From the NCBI GenBank assembly GCA_041649475.1, contig JBAZNA010000001.1, positions 456,612-520,611 on the forward strand: 64,000 bases of DNA. The letters run 5' to 3'. Positions 41,658 through 52,144 of this stretch are shown one piece after another. Both the position numbers and the translations under genes were made by a program. Below the pieces are notes generated by a model. That model had not been told where the DNA came from, did not search any database, and saw only the letters and a program-made list of their open reading frames with translations. The first letter of the stretch is position 1; the number at the start of each line of letters is the position of its first letter. Source of the DNA: Patescibacteria group bacterium. Lineage in GTDB: Bacteria > Patescibacteriota > Patescibacteriia > Magasanikbacterales > GWA2-37-8.

Positions 41658-41837
41658 ATGCAGGAGGATACACAAATTGAGGATGATTTGGACAGATTAT
41701 CAAAAAAGCACACCCGGCTTTTATTTGAGTTAGAAAAAATAATCAAAGAAGGCAATGGCTTGCGCCTGGAAATGCAGAAATTGATTGATAAGAAAAAAAG
41801 GGAAATGGTTTCAAAAAAAATTGATACATTTAATTAA
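41658..41837 (+). CDS. Small coiled-coil protein (59 aa, not in the ORF track)
   Basis: MQEDTQIEDDLDRLSKKH...KIDTFN*; fills the gap between two co-directional genes. Confidence 0.6.
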   Translation: MQEDTQIEDDLDRLSKKHTRLLFELEKIIKEGNGLRLEMQKLIDKKKREMVSKKIDTFN

Positions 41838-41843
41838 TTAAAT

Positions 41844-44800
41844 ATGGCCAAGAGGGGAGAACAGGCAAAAGAAAATAAGGAAAAAAGCCAGAAACAGGTT
41901 GAACGGATGATTGGGGGTATTGGAGAGCGTTTGCAAGAATTGGAAGCCAAGAACAAGGATGTCACAAAGCTAAAAGAGCAGTTGACTGCGATTCTTTTGG
42001 AATTTAAAAATTTAAACATTGATAAGCGCAGCTATCAAAAACAAATTGATAAATTGTTTGATAGAGCGGTCGATCTGGCGGTTGAGATTGATAATTTAAA
42101 AAGAGAGGATGAAACGGTCAAGAGAACTATCGCTAAAAAAGAGGGCAAGATTGTTGAGGGCGGTTATACAAAAAAAGATTCAGTCAGGAGAAAAGTGGCT
42201 GAAGAAAGAATTGCGGAGGGGACTGCGCCTGAAAAAGAGATCACGGAAAAAGAACAAGTGGAGCCGGAAGAACCTAAACCGGCGGAGCCGGTTGAAGTGT
42301 CTCCTCAAAAAAGAAAATCATTGCGGGAGATAATTTTAGATTTGGAAAATAAGGCCGAAGAGTTGAACGCAAAATCAGAAGGTAATACGGGTGAAAGTTT
42401 GTTGAAGAGAATAGAAACGATGAAAGAACTTATAGAGCAGATACATGATCAAACAGGTGCAGAAAAAAAACAAACAATGAGATTATTTGTTGCACAAAAG
42501 GAGGAATGTCTCGGCTTAATAAAGCTTCTCTCCAGCAAAGATCAAAGACGCGGCGAATTTTTGAGCGTGCTTAACGCCCGGCCGGAAAAGGTTGTTGATA
42601 GACAGAAAGAAATCCTGATGGATAAAATAAAGGGCATTAAAGATGATTTAGCTTGGCTGAAAACGGGATTTGAAAATTTAAGCGGCAGGGCAAAAGAATT
42701 TTATGATGCTCAATTATCGAATTTAGTGCTGGATAATATAGAGTGGGTTGAAAAAGAGTTGGAAAAGATTGAACAGGGTAAGATTGCAAAGCAAAAAATT
42801 GATGAAGTTTTGAAAAACATCAAAAAGGAAGTTGCGTCCTTAGTTACGTATCTTGATAAATTACAAAAATATACAAATCCGCTGACTGAAGAACCAATAG
42901 TACAAACTGAACCAGTCGAGACAGTCCCAGCTCCAGAACCAGAACCAACGCCGGCACCCGCGCCGGAGCCGACACCGGCTCCAACACCAGCAGAACCGCC
43001 GGAAGAAGAACGCATCGGCGATGAATGGGCAGAACAACCGGAACCGCCGATGGAAGTTGAAGACATTGAAGAAGTTCCTGAACGCAAAAAAGGGTTTTTG
43101 GGGTGGATCAAAGAAAAATTAGGCCGCACCAAAGAAGTGGCTAAAGATTATGGTCCTGAAGTGGCAAATGCCGCGTATAAAGTCATTAGTAAAGTGTTGG
43201 GTGTTAAATTTTATACTGATGCTCTTTTGGCACTGCGAAAAAAAGGCGATCTGTATGAACATATAAAAGGAGCTGAAGGGACAAAAGAAGAAAAACGAGC
43301 GATAAAAAGTGTGTTGGAAGAAATAATTGCTAAAATTGAAGCGGAAAGAGCTGCGGCTCCAGCCAATCAGCCGGAAGCAGAACCAGCCCAACCGGAGGAA
43401 AGTCCCGAACTGGTTGCCAAGGTTAGAGAGCTTGAAGAAAAGATAAACAGTGCCGAATATATTTCCGGCGGAGAAAAAAGGGATTTGCACAGACGCCTGC
43501 TTGAGATTGCCAGAAAGAGAGAAGACGCCACTGAAGTGGCAAAAGTCAAACGAGAAAAAAAGATTCAAGAAGTTTTGGCGGCTTATGTTGTAAACAAAGT
43601 ATCCGGCTGGAAAATCGCCAGTGATGCTTTGGATTTGGCCATTACGCCGATTGCCTTTTTGAGGGCCGGGGTTTATGCCGGTTTGGCCGTGGCAGAGAGA
43701 ATGCAGAAAGCCAGACGGAAATTTAAAAAGGAAAAAGATTTCAGCGAGAAAGGGGAGGGTAGATTTATTGCCAAAGATCTAATTGTAAATGCCACCAGAG
43801 AAACTCTTAGGGGTTTAGCGGGCATGGGAATAGAAAAGAAAGAAAATATAACCGGCAAAGAAAGGGTGCAGGGAGTTTTGAAAGCTTTGGGAACCTTGGC
43901 CAGGGGCTTTGGTATTTTTGGCGTTGCTTTTACCGCCGGAGATGGCGTGCAAAAGTCAATTGATCATTTATTGGATAATATTTCCAAACAAGGCCTGGCT
44001 GCCGGCTGGAGTAATGGTATGGTTGAAAATGCCGAGCGTATGATTCAAGTTTATGCGCATCCGGTAGATACGGCGCATAAGGCCTTTGATAACACGGCCG
44101 GACGAGGGTTGCGGGCTTTGGGAATAAACACCGGTGCGCCGACAACAGGCGAGGCCTTGAACTTTAAATTAAAAAATCCGATTATTGAAGGTGGAGCTAA
44201 AGCCGCACTCGTGGCCGGACCGGAACTCATAGAAACGGAAGCCGTGGAAGTTACAGCCAAAGGACCGTCACAAGCGGCGCATAAGCTGGAAGATTTTTTC
44301 AAGTCGCAGAAGGTAAAATGGGGGCATACGGAAATAGTAAACGAAATGAAACGGCATGGTTATGTTTTTCACAAAGATGGTTCAGTGAGTCATCCGGTGA
44401 TGTTTCATAAGGGCGGAGGCAAGCTGGTGCCATGGATAGATGAAGAAGGGAAAGGGCATTTTGAGATTGAGGGGGCCAAGAAGCAGTATTGGCATGAAGA
44501 AACATATAAACCCAAAGCTGAATTGGCGCATGAAGAGTCCTCTGTCAAAACGGAAAGTGTTAAGGTGGAATCCGGGCTTCTCACCGGCAAACAACAATCC
44601 ATGCTTACCAATTACAGCGATGTACAGAGGGGGATTATAAAAAATCAAACTGATTTGGCGGTCCGATTAAAACATATTGAACCATATTATGACCGACTGG
44701 CCGAGTTGGGAAAAGAAGGTCTTGGCAAAAGCGCCGAAGCCCAACAACTAAAAAATGTGATTATTGGTTTAAGTAAAGACACATATAATAAAGTTTCTTT

Positions 44801-45629
44801 TGAACAATATATAAATTGGCCGGAGGGCGTGGCTTATCATCAGACCGGTGCGGCCAAGGCGGCGGTTGGTGAGATAAATTTAAGACCCAGAGCAGCTGCA
44901 CAGGTACTTGAACCGGATTGGAACACAAAACCAACTATGAGAACTAGCGGGAAGGTCGGCGGAGACAAAGCCACAGAAATACGCGAACCGGATTGGGGGT
45001 TGAAGGGTAAACAGGTTGCTACCGGCGGTAAGGTTAGGGGCGGGGGAGTACATCCAATTGAAGTGACAAAGAAATCAATTGCACCTGTGCCGGAAACAAA
45101 GCCGGAGGCCAAACTCAAAGTGACAGAGATGCCAATAGCGCCGGAATCAGAAATTGTGACAAATAATGTCCGGCATTTGCATACGGAGTGGGACAAGGTA
45201 TTTATTGATTTTTATCAGGATGATAAAGCCGGAATAATGGATGGTTTATTACATAAACTGGAAAATTCAATGTGGGCGCATCCGGAGATGCAAGGAGAGA
45301 TAAATAGCGTGTTGCAAAATAAAAGTTTAAATTCAATGCAACGTATAAGCGAAGTTGTAGATTTAATCACCAATGGCGGAGAAGGTCTGACAGTTGAAGA
45401 AAAGTTACTTTTGGGTGGGGATTACACAGAAGATAATGATTTCATGCGAATCACCGGGCATAACTTTGATGTTGTTTTCTCTAAAGATCACTCAAAAGCC
45501 GCGGCTTTGATATTTAAAGATCAGGCGCTTATAGATGTTTATGGGGAGTATAAGTTTTTATCAAGCAAGAACGTGATAGATCCAAAAGAATTTATTAAAA
45601 ATTGGGAGAAGGTAGCGACGGAGACCTAG
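41844..45629 (+). CDS. Large coiled-coil hypothetical protein with Pro/Glu-rich linkers
   Basis: 1261 aa; PAPEPTPAP repeats; duplicated EPDW...GKV.G motif. Confidence 0.85.
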   Translation: MAKRGEQAKENKEKSQKQVERMIGGIGERLQELEAKNKDVTKLKEQLTAILLEFKNLNIDKRSYQKQIDKLFDRAVDLAVEIDNLKREDETVKRTIAKKEGKIVEGGYTKKDSVRRKVAEERIAEGTAPEKEITEKEQVEPEEPKPAEPVEVSPQKRKSLREIILDLENKAEELNAKSEGNTGESLLKRIETMKELIEQIHDQTGAEKKQTMRLFVAQKEECLGLIKLLSSKDQRRGEFLSVLNARPEKVVDRQKEILMDKIKGIKDDLAWLKTGFENLSGRAKEFYDAQLSNLVLDNIEWVEKELEKIEQGKIAKQKIDEVLKNIKKEVASLVTYLDKLQKYTNPLTEEPIVQTEPVETVPAPEPEPTPAPAPEPTPAPTPAEPPEEERIGDEWAEQPEPPMEVEDIEEVPERKKGFLGWIKEKLGRTKEVAKDYGPEVANAAYKVISKVLGVKFYTDALLALRKKGDLYEHIKGAEGTKEEKRAIKSVLEEIIAKIEAERAAAPANQPEAEPAQPEESPELVAKVRELEEKINSAEYISGGEKRDLHRRLLEIARKREDATEVAKVKREKKIQEVLAAYVVNKVSGWKIASDALDLAITPIAFLRAGVYAGLAVAERMQKARRKFKKEKDFSEKGEGRFIAKDLIVNATRETLRGLAGMGIEKKENITGKERVQGVLKALGTLARGFGIFGVAFTAGDGVQKSIDHLLDNISKQGLAAGWSNGMVENAERMIQVYAHPVDTAHKAFDNTAGRGLRALGINTGAPTTGEALNFKLKNPIIEGGAKAALVAGPELIETEAVEVTAKGPSQAAHKLEDFFKSQKVKWGHTEIVNEMKRHGYVFHKDGSVSHPVMFHKGGGKLVPWIDEEGKGHFEIEGAKKQYWHEETYKPKAELAHEESSVKTESVKVESGLLTGKQQSMLTNYSDVQRGIIKNQTDLAVRLKHIEPYYDRLAELGKEGLGKSAEAQQLKNVIIGLSKDTYNKVSFEQYINWPEGVAYHQTGAAKAAVGEINLRPRAAAQVLEPDWNTKPTMRTSGKVGGDKATEIREPDWGLKGKQVATGGKVRGGGVHPIEVTKKSIAPVPETKPEAKLKVTEMPIAPESEIVTNNVRHLHTEWDKVFIDFYQDDKAGIMDGLLHKLENSMWAHPEMQGEINSVLQNKSLNSMQRISEVVDLITNGGEGLTVEEKLLLGGDYTEDNDFMRITGHNFDVVFSKDHSKAAALIFKDQALIDVYGEYKFLSSKNVIDPKEFIKNWEKVATET

Positions 45630-45716
45630 GATAATTTAAAGACAAAAAACAGACCTCCTGTATAAGGGGGTTTTGTTGTATATTAGCCAAAATAATCCAT
45701 AATGACGGTTCAGCTC

Positions 45717-45745
45717 TTGACAAAACCTACGACTTGTGCTATACT
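45717..45745 (+). promoter_or_regulatory. sigma70 extended -10 promoter of GC-rich unit 1
   Basis: TTGACA-17 nt-TATACT with TG. Confidence 0.8.
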
Positions 45746-46084
45746 AATCAGTTAAACTTTTAAAAGGCGAATAAAGCGCCCGCGAAGTACTTTACAAAAC
45801 AACGCCATCAAGGGCTGATATCCGAGAGAGTATCACCCTTAAACGCAATGTTTGTTAGTTAAAAGACCTTCAATTATGTAGCATCTCTCACCCAAGAGTA
45901 GTTTTGTTGTATTGTTATCTTGAGCGTAACGAAGAATATTGGTTAGTTCTACGTTTCGCCCAGGATAACACATAAGTGTTGTCCATCGACGCACATTACA
46001 AGTGAGATGTAGAAGTTTTTCAACCCGCCCCTGTGGGCCTTCCGCTCTAAGGGGTTCAACGGTTCCACGAAGAAGGAGGTTCTG

Positions 46085-46840
46085 ATGCCCGGTACCGCGC
46101 AGCCCGGCGACGCTCCCGCGTCCGCCACTCCCGATTCCGCGACGACCCCCCCGGCCGCCGCTCCCGACGCTGGCGCTTCCGCGTCTGCCGCCGCCCCGCC
46201 CGCCGCCCCGCAGGGCCTCCCCATGTGGGGCAAGGTCCTCGGGGGGCTCGTGCTCCTCGCCGCCATCATCGCCATCCTCCTCTACGCCAAGTCCTGCACC
46301 GACGACATCTCGTCCAAGCTGGGCAAGGTGGCGACGAAGGACGACGTGGACAAGGCCGCCGCCGGCACCAACGGCAAGATCGATCAGGGGCTCGGTTCGG
46401 TCGCGGATGCCCTGAAGGGTCAGGCCGAGGCCACGACCGGTCTCATCGGCGCCACCAAGGGTCTGACGGAGGCCATCAAGGATCATCCGACCAAGGAGGA
46501 CCTGCAAGGCATGCTCGACAAGGCCGAGGGTCGCGTGAAGCGTGCGATCTGGGGGCTGAAGAAGCAGCAGGTGGTGATCGCACCGCCCGCCGCGACTCCG
46601 CTTCCGGAGCCGCCCCTGCCGATCCCGCCCGCCCCGATCATCGTGACCCCGCCCTCCCCGCCGGACTACCTGCCCTTCCTGGAGGGGATGAACAAGACCC
46701 TGAACCAGAACCACACCATGCTGGGTGAGCTCAAGCGGAGCGTGGCCGGACTCAAGTCCAGTCACACCAGGGTGCTCGTGCCCGTCCCCTCGGGGAAGCA
46801 CAGCACCAAGATGCTCGTCAGGGTTCGGCCCACCAACTAG
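46085..46840 (+). CDS. GC-rich membrane-anchored Pro/Ala-rich protein
   Basis: AAGGAGGT SD; one TM; near-exclusive G/C third positions. Confidence 0.8.
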   Translation: MPGTAQPGDAPASATPDSATTPPAAAPDAGASASAAAPPAAPQGLPMWGKVLGGLVLLAAIIAILLYAKSCTDDISSKLGKVATKDDVDKAAAGTNGKIDQGLGSVADALKGQAEATTGLIGATKGLTEAIKDHPTKEDLQGMLDKAEGRVKRAIWGLKKQQVVIAPPAATPLPEPPLPIPPAPIIVTPPSPPDYLPFLEGMNKTLNQNHTMLGELKRSVAGLKSSHTRVLVPVPSGKHSTKMLVRVRPTN

Positions 46841-46929
46841 ATCTACATCCCGCCATTCATCTACTCGTCCTTCGGGACGACAAGATGCTGGTCTATCGGG
46901 CTGTCGCAGACATCTGCGCAGCCCTCCTA

Positions 46930-47101
46930 TCATCTTCATTTCTATGAAGTGGCGATGAAAGGACTATTAACCGCAAGGTTGATGGCCAAAGCTGTACCTT
47001 ACAACAAACGGTGAAAATGAGGGTGCGAATTGTTCGCCCCCTTTGGCAAGCTGACGACGTCGGCGCGCTTGGCGTGCCGGCTAACAGACATGGAGGATGT
47101 C
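46930..47101 (+). promoter_or_regulatory. Structured intergenic leader, copy 1
   Basis: Homologous to 47916-48095; four hairpins including a GCAA tetraloop, ending at the SD. Confidence 0.75.
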
Positions 47102-47848
47102 ATGAAGGCGACCGGTATCGTTCTCGTCCTGACCGTGCTCTGCGCGGTCTCCACCGCTTACGGCCAGTCGGCCGTGTGCGATCCGACCGATGTCCCGCAG
47201 ACCGATGGCTGTCACTTCAGCAAGAAGTGCAACCAGCGGTACTGCTGGGTGGAGGAGGGGAAGGTCTTCGACGCCAACCTCAACGACCTCGACACGCTCG
47301 TGGTGGAGGTGGACGTCAAGAAGCCCACCACCACTCTGGTTCCTGGTCTGACCCCGCCCGTTCCGGTTGCTCCCGCCCCCCGCATCAAGGGTTTCAGGCA
47401 CTTCCGTGCAGGCCTCTACATCAGTGGTTTTCAGACCGCTGGTGACTGGTCCTTCGGCGGAGGCCCGCAGCTGGAGTGGCACGAGCGGCTCGGTGGCAAC
47501 GGCCACTCCTGGTTCGTCCAGGCGCGAGGCGTCATCGGCACGGCCGGTGACAAGACCAATGCCAACTTCGGCATTGGTGCCTCCCTCGGCCCGGGCATCC
47601 AGCTCAAGTGGGGTCTGCGCCTCGGTGTGCGGGGTGTGCTCCTGTACTACCCCGAAACCGATAAGCTGATCAAAGAGCGCGGAAACGAGCGCTGGATCGG
47701 CGCTGAGGCAGTCGCTGGCTGGCTCTTCGGGAAGGGTTTCTTCGGAGAGGTCAGTGGCGGCTACGGCGCAAGGTGGATCGAGAAGCCGGGCATCGTCTGG
47801 CACGGTCGCGCCTCCGTCGCCTTCGTCTCCGTCGGTTGGATGCGTTAG
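47102..47848 (+). CDS. GC-rich secreted protein with outer-membrane beta-barrel-like C-terminal domain
   Basis: GGAGG SD; signal peptide ending AYG; Gly/aromatic alternating strands ending FVSVGWMR. Confidence 0.75.
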   Translation: MKATGIVLVLTVLCAVSTAYGQSAVCDPTDVPQTDGCHFSKKCNQRYCWVEEGKVFDANLNDLDTLVVEVDVKKPTTTLVPGLTPPVPVAPAPRIKGFRHFRAGLYISGFQTAGDWSFGGGPQLEWHERLGGNGHSWFVQARGVIGTAGDKTNANFGIGASLGPGIQLKWGLRLGVRGVLLYYPETDKLIKERGNERWIGAEAVAGWLFGKGFFGEVSGGYGARWIEKPGIVWHGRASVAFVSVGWMR

Positions 47849-47915
47849 CCACCGACATCACCGTTTCATCGGGCCGCGCGTGTTGATAACACGACGCGCG
47901 CGGCCCACCTATTTT

Positions 47916-48095
47916 TCATCTTCATTTCTATGAAGTGGCGATGAAAGAGCCATTAACCGCAAGGTTGATGGCTGCACATTACAATTGAGAGCTACAACAA
48001 GTTACGACAATAGGGGTGCGAATGGTTCGCGGCCCCTTTGGCAAGCTGACGACGTCGGCGCGCTTGACGTGCCGGCTCAACAACTGGAGGATCAC
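47916..48095 (+). promoter_or_regulatory. Structured intergenic leader, copy 2
   Basis: Homologous to 46930-47101, with stems conserved and linkers diverged. Confidence 0.75.
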
Positions 48096-49220
48096 ATGAC
48101 CCGTTTCGCGCTGATCTGTTCGCTGTTCTCCGTCCTGGCCCTCGGCAACCTCGGTTGCATGGAGGGTCTCACCGCCGAGGAGATCGCTGCCTGCTCCAAC
48201 GAGGGGCAGGAGTTCTGCCCCGACGCCACGGGCGCGCTGGTCTGCGTGGATACGCTGACCGACGACCACAATTGCGGCGCGTGCGGATTCCTCTGCACCA
48301 ACGGCGCGCAGTGCGTGGCCGGTGTCTGCGACTGCAGCGGCAACGAGACCCTCTCGGCCGGCTGCCCCGTGCCCGGCAAGATCGACGCCGTGATGTGCGT
48401 CGACCTCAAGGACGATCCGCTCAACTGCGGCGCCTGCGGCAACATCTGCCCCAGTGGCCTCTGCGCGGACTACGTCTGCATCCCCGTCAGCAGCACCTGC
48501 ACCGACGGCATCAAGGATGGCGCCGAGTCCGATGTGGACTGCGGGGACGGATGCGCCAAGTGCATCAACGGCAAGATGTGCCGGCTGAACAGCGACTGCG
48601 TGAGTGGTTACTGCAACGCCAGCGGCATCTGTGCCGACGCTCCGGTCGGCGCCTGCTTCGGCAAGGCCAGCGGCACCCTGTGCCGCGCGGCCGTGTCGGA
48701 TTGCGACGTCGCGGAGTACTGCGACGGCGTGCACGCCGACTGCCCGGCCGATGGCTTTCAGGCCTTCCGCACCGCCTGCCACGTCAGTGGCGACGGCAAC
48801 GGGACCTGCAGCGGCAACGACGCCGTCTGTCGGCCCCCCACGGGTCTCTGCTCCAACGTGACGTGCGGCACCGGTCTGGTCTGTGACCCGACCGACGGCA
48901 TCTGCAAGGTGCCGGATCAGGTCACTTGCTTCGGACTGGGTCTCTCGGACCCGGGCCCGGATGCGGTGAACTGCATCTGGTGGGCGCGTGGCATCAACAA
49001 CGCCATCTCCGCCTTCACCCCGCACGACAACGTCTCGGTCGCCGCTCCGCCGCTGGCCTGTGCACTGACCTGCTACAAGGCCGACGGCTCCGACGCCACC
49101 CCCACGCTGTGCTCCGGCCAGTGGCAGAACGGGATGGTGCAGAACTGGAGCGCTTCCGGCGGCCACCTGTTGGCCGGCGGACACGGCTGCGCCTGGGACA
49201 ACAAGTACCAGTCGCAGTAG
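48096..49220 (+). CDS. GC-rich Cys-rich lipoprotein of myxobacterial type
   Basis: Lipobox NLGC; two D..NCGACG..C repeats, CTDGIKDGAESDVDCG, disintegrin-like CDVAEYCDG...CPAD. Confidence 0.82.
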   Translation: MTRFALICSLFSVLALGNLGCMEGLTAEEIAACSNEGQEFCPDATGALVCVDTLTDDHNCGACGFLCTNGAQCVAGVCDCSGNETLSAGCPVPGKIDAVMCVDLKDDPLNCGACGNICPSGLCADYVCIPVSSTCTDGIKDGAESDVDCGDGCAKCINGKMCRLNSDCVSGYCNASGICADAPVGACFGKASGTLCRAAVSDCDVAEYCDGVHADCPADGFQAFRTACHVSGDGNGTCSGNDAVCRPPTGLCSNVTCGTGLVCDPTDGICKVPDQVTCFGLGLSDPGPDAVNCIWWARGINNAISAFTPHDNVSVAAPPLACALTCYKADGSDATPTLCSGQWQNGMVQNWSASGGHLLAGGHGCAWDNKYQSQ

Positions 49221-49242
49221 GAAGTATAAAGTAGCTCTCTCC

Positions 49243-49288
49243 TCGGGCTGGGGACATGCAGTACGCATGTACCCCAGCCCCGTTTTTC
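49243..49288 (+). terminator. Intrinsic terminator of GC-rich unit 1
   Basis: gggctgggg-acatgc...gcatgt-accccagccc followed by ttttt. Confidence 0.65.
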
Positions 49289-49427
49289 ACATGAGTCTAT
49301 CGCGTTCATCTCTCACCCCATTCTCCTTTATATTAAAGGAAAGGGCCCTGGGGCCGAATGTGATGGGCTCAATTGGTAGCATAAAAACCGCTTAAAAGGC
49401 GGTTTTTATGTTTTTGCCCGATTCCTC

Positions 49428-49456
49428 TTGACAACTTTCTCTTGTTGTGCTAATGT
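49428..49456 (+). promoter_or_regulatory. sigma70 extended -10 promoter of GC-rich unit 2
   Basis: TTGACA-17 nt-TAATGT with TG; preceded by palindrome cataaaaaccgc/gcggtttttatg. Confidence 0.7.
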
Positions 49457-49664
49457 ACGGTGTTATATTCAATGGTGTTGAGAGAGATACCACGAATAAA
49501 AACATAGCTTATTTAAGCCCTAAATCTCTCTCCAAGGGATTTTTATTATTGTAACTGGTGGATAGTGAAAAGTGTATAAAATAGTTAGCGGTTCTTTACA
49601 ACTATCTTGGCATGAAGAAAGGGAAAAATGCCCTTTTCTTTGTGCCAAGATATGGAGGTTTGCC

Positions 49665-50729
49665 ATGATGTTCGCTCGGAAGTTTGTTCTCGTCATCGCG
49701 GCGACCATCGTGGTCGCCACCCTCTCCGCACCGGCGCACGCCCAGTGGTTCAAGGACCGCGAGGCGCGCAAGGGTGCGAGGGAAGCCAAGTCGCTCTACG
49801 AAGCACAGCGGGAGCGCATCCAGAAGTTGGAGGCGCAGAGGGAGAACATCAACAAGCTGGAAGCTGAAGTGGCCCAGTGCTTGGCCGAGGCCAAAAAGCC
49901 AAAGCCCGCACCCGCACCGCCGACGCCCGTGTCGTGCGACCAGTCTGATCTCTACAAGAAGCTGAACAAGCTGAAGAAGTTCCAGAAGGATCAGCTTGAC
50001 AGCTTGCAGGATCAGATGACCAAGCTGGCCAGAGGCAGCAAGAAGGAGATCGGCGAGTTGCGCCAGCTCCTGGAGAGCATCAGTCGTGTTCTCCCCAACA
50101 TCAGGAGCATTGAGTCCGCCATCACCCAGCTCAAGATGGACATGAGCATCACGTCCAACAACGTCAACGAGATCTTGAACGAGATGGCGGGAGCTCTCAC
50201 CAATCTCAAGAAGACCGACAAGCGTCTGGAGAAGGTGGAGAGTGACCTCTCCGGCCTGCACAAGCGGGTGGAGAAGGTGGAGAAGGTTCTGCTCACCAAG
50301 CAGGACAAGCTCTTCGTTGACATCAGCGTCGGCAGCCGCGTCAGCTGGTTCAAGGGCGATTCCGTGGAGCCGTATGTCGAGCTCCGGCTGGACTTTGAGG
50401 TTCCCTCGGACGGGCTCTGCTCGTTCGTGCCGGGTTTCAGTCTGGCTTTCGCAACCAGCAAGGACAAGGCGCCTGCCAATGCCGTACGCCTCATGGGCAA
50501 GTGCGGCCGCCGGACTTTCAGATTCCTGTTCGGCGTGGAAGAACTGATGGTGGCCAAGACCGAGACCGGTCCGGGCCAGTTCACCTGGTACGTCAACCCC
50601 ATCATCGGCATCGCCATCGGCGGCCGGTGGGCGGAGTTCACACTACTGGGTTCACCAAGCATCCGGTTCCGTGAGGCCAATGCCGCCTTCGGTGTGCAAG
50701 GTTTCGCGGGTCTGGTGATCCGTTTCTAA
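49665..50729 (+). CDS. GC-rich secreted protein: coiled coil + beta-barrel-like C-terminus
   Basis: GGAGGT SD; signal peptide ending AHA; amphipathic strands ending AGLVIRF. Confidence 0.8.
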   Translation: MMFARKFVLVIAATIVVATLSAPAHAQWFKDREARKGAREAKSLYEAQRERIQKLEAQRENINKLEAEVAQCLAEAKKPKPAPAPPTPVSCDQSDLYKKLNKLKKFQKDQLDSLQDQMTKLARGSKKEIGELRQLLESISRVLPNIRSIESAITQLKMDMSITSNNVNEILNEMAGALTNLKKTDKRLEKVESDLSGLHKRVEKVEKVLLTKQDKLFVDISVGSRVSWFKGDSVEPYVELRLDFEVPSDGLCSFVPGFSLAFATSKDKAPANAVRLMGKCGRRTFRFLFGVEELMVAKTETGPGQFTWYVNPIIGIAIGGRWAEFTLLGSPSIRFREANAAFGVQGFAGLVIRF

Positions 50730-50899
50730 CAACCAACAAGGGGGAAACAAAGGGGAGGGTCGCAGCTTTCGCGAGCGCGACTCTCCTCATCCTATATCTG
50801 TTCATAAAATTATAAAAAGTTTTTGTGGATACATATAGGAGGAGCAAGACAACAAGCGCTCCTTACAATTTTAACGCATGAACACGATGGAGGCGAATC

Positions 50900-52144
50900 A
50901 TGAGCGAGAAGAACGGAAGGGCCGAAGGGTCCTCGTTTGACGAGGACACTGCGGCAGAGGGGGAGCCGACGCTTCCGGGCAGCCACAGGCCGACGCTTCA
51001 AGGCATCGCGCCAGTGACGCTGCAAGGCATCGCGCCGATGACACTGCCGGATGATCCGGCACGCGAGTTTGACGCGGCGCCCGACACCGTCATCCCGCCG
51101 CCGGTCCCGTTCGGCGGTCCGCCGGAGCCCGGCGAGGAGGAAGGGGCGTCTGCTCCTGCCTCCACCAACTCCGCTGATGATCAGCAAGAGATGGTGACGG
51201 CAGCGCTGGCCCAGGAAGTTCTGGGGACGCTGACGCACAAGCCGCCCACCCCGATTCTCTCCGACACTGATGCGCCGCGAGAGTTGGCAGGGATGGAGGA
51301 CGAGTTCCAGCAGACGGCGTCGACCGCCCAGGGGCAGTTGCCTTTGGGCATCAGGGAGGCGATGCCTGCCCGGCCGATGGAGGACAACGAGCAGTCCGGT
51401 CCGATTCCTGCGAACCAGAACGACCTGTTCGGTCCGCCCTCGGGCATCATGGACTTCGCCGCTCCCACGGTAGACCTGGCGCATGCTAACACCGCGGTCG
51501 TGGACACCTCTGGTGTGCCGACTGTGGACCAGGCGTTCGCACCGACCAAGCCGATGGGGGCTGTGGCCGTCCAGAACGGCGATGCGCCCAAGAAGGGTCC
51601 GCCGCCCATGCCGCCCATTTCGCTGGCCAAGTTGGCCAGCGAGGTCAAAGCGGCAGATCTGGCAGCGAATCCCGCGCCGACGTCCTCCCCAAGGGCCACC
51701 CTTCCGGGTGTGGCTCCGGCGGAGCCCGTGCCCGTCGTGGTCGCGCCTGCGGCTACGGAGGACAAGAGCACCCGCACTTTGGTGCGGGAAGAGCTCGCGT
51801 CCGAGCCCGAGCCCAAGATCGTCATGCCCGAGCCCGACCCCGTCGTCGCGCCTGTCGAGCCCGACCCGCCCGCTGACGACAGTGAGTCCTACGAGCCCAT
51901 CCGTCCGCCGAAGCGTAAGCGAGGTGGCGGGAACTTCCCGTGGGGCATCACGATCGGGTCCGGCCTGATCCTGATCATGTTCGCGATCGTCATCGCTTTC
52001 AGCCAGTCCGGCCGCGAAGATTACCAAGAGGACATCGCCTCCTGCGTCAACACCTTGACGAAGGAGGAGAAAGTGCCCACGGCCAAGGCCACCGAGATCT
52101 GCAAGCGGGTTGATGCTGACATGTTCAGCAAGACCAAGAAGTAG
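50900..52144 (+). CDS. GC-rich disordered Pro/acidic protein with C-terminal TM
   Basis: GGAGG SD; TLQGIAP twice, TLPG motifs; KRKRGG before TM. Confidence 0.8.
   Translation: MSEKNGRAEGSSFDEDTAAEGEPTLPGSHRPTLQGIAPVTLQGIAPMTLPDDPAREFDAAPDTVIPPPVPFGGPPEPGEEEGASAPASTNSADDQQEMVTAALAQEVLGTLTHKPPTPILSDTDAPRELAGMEDEFQQTASTAQGQLPLGIREAMPARPMEDNEQSGPIPANQNDLFGPPSGIMDFAAPTVDLAHANTAVVDTSGVPTVDQAFAPTKPMGAVAVQNGDAPKKGPPPMPPISLAKLASEVKAADLAANPAPTSSPRATLPGVAPAEPVPVVVAPAATEDKSTRTLVREELASEPEPKIVMPEPDPVVAPVEPDPPADDSESYEPIRPPKRKRGGGNFPWGITIGSGLILIMFAIVIAFSQSGREDYQEDIASCVNTLTKEEKVPTAKATEICKRVDADMFSKTKK

Noticed and set aside
42920-43000. PAPEPT tandem repeat as a DNA repeat element
   Set aside because: Ordinary low-complexity coding linker
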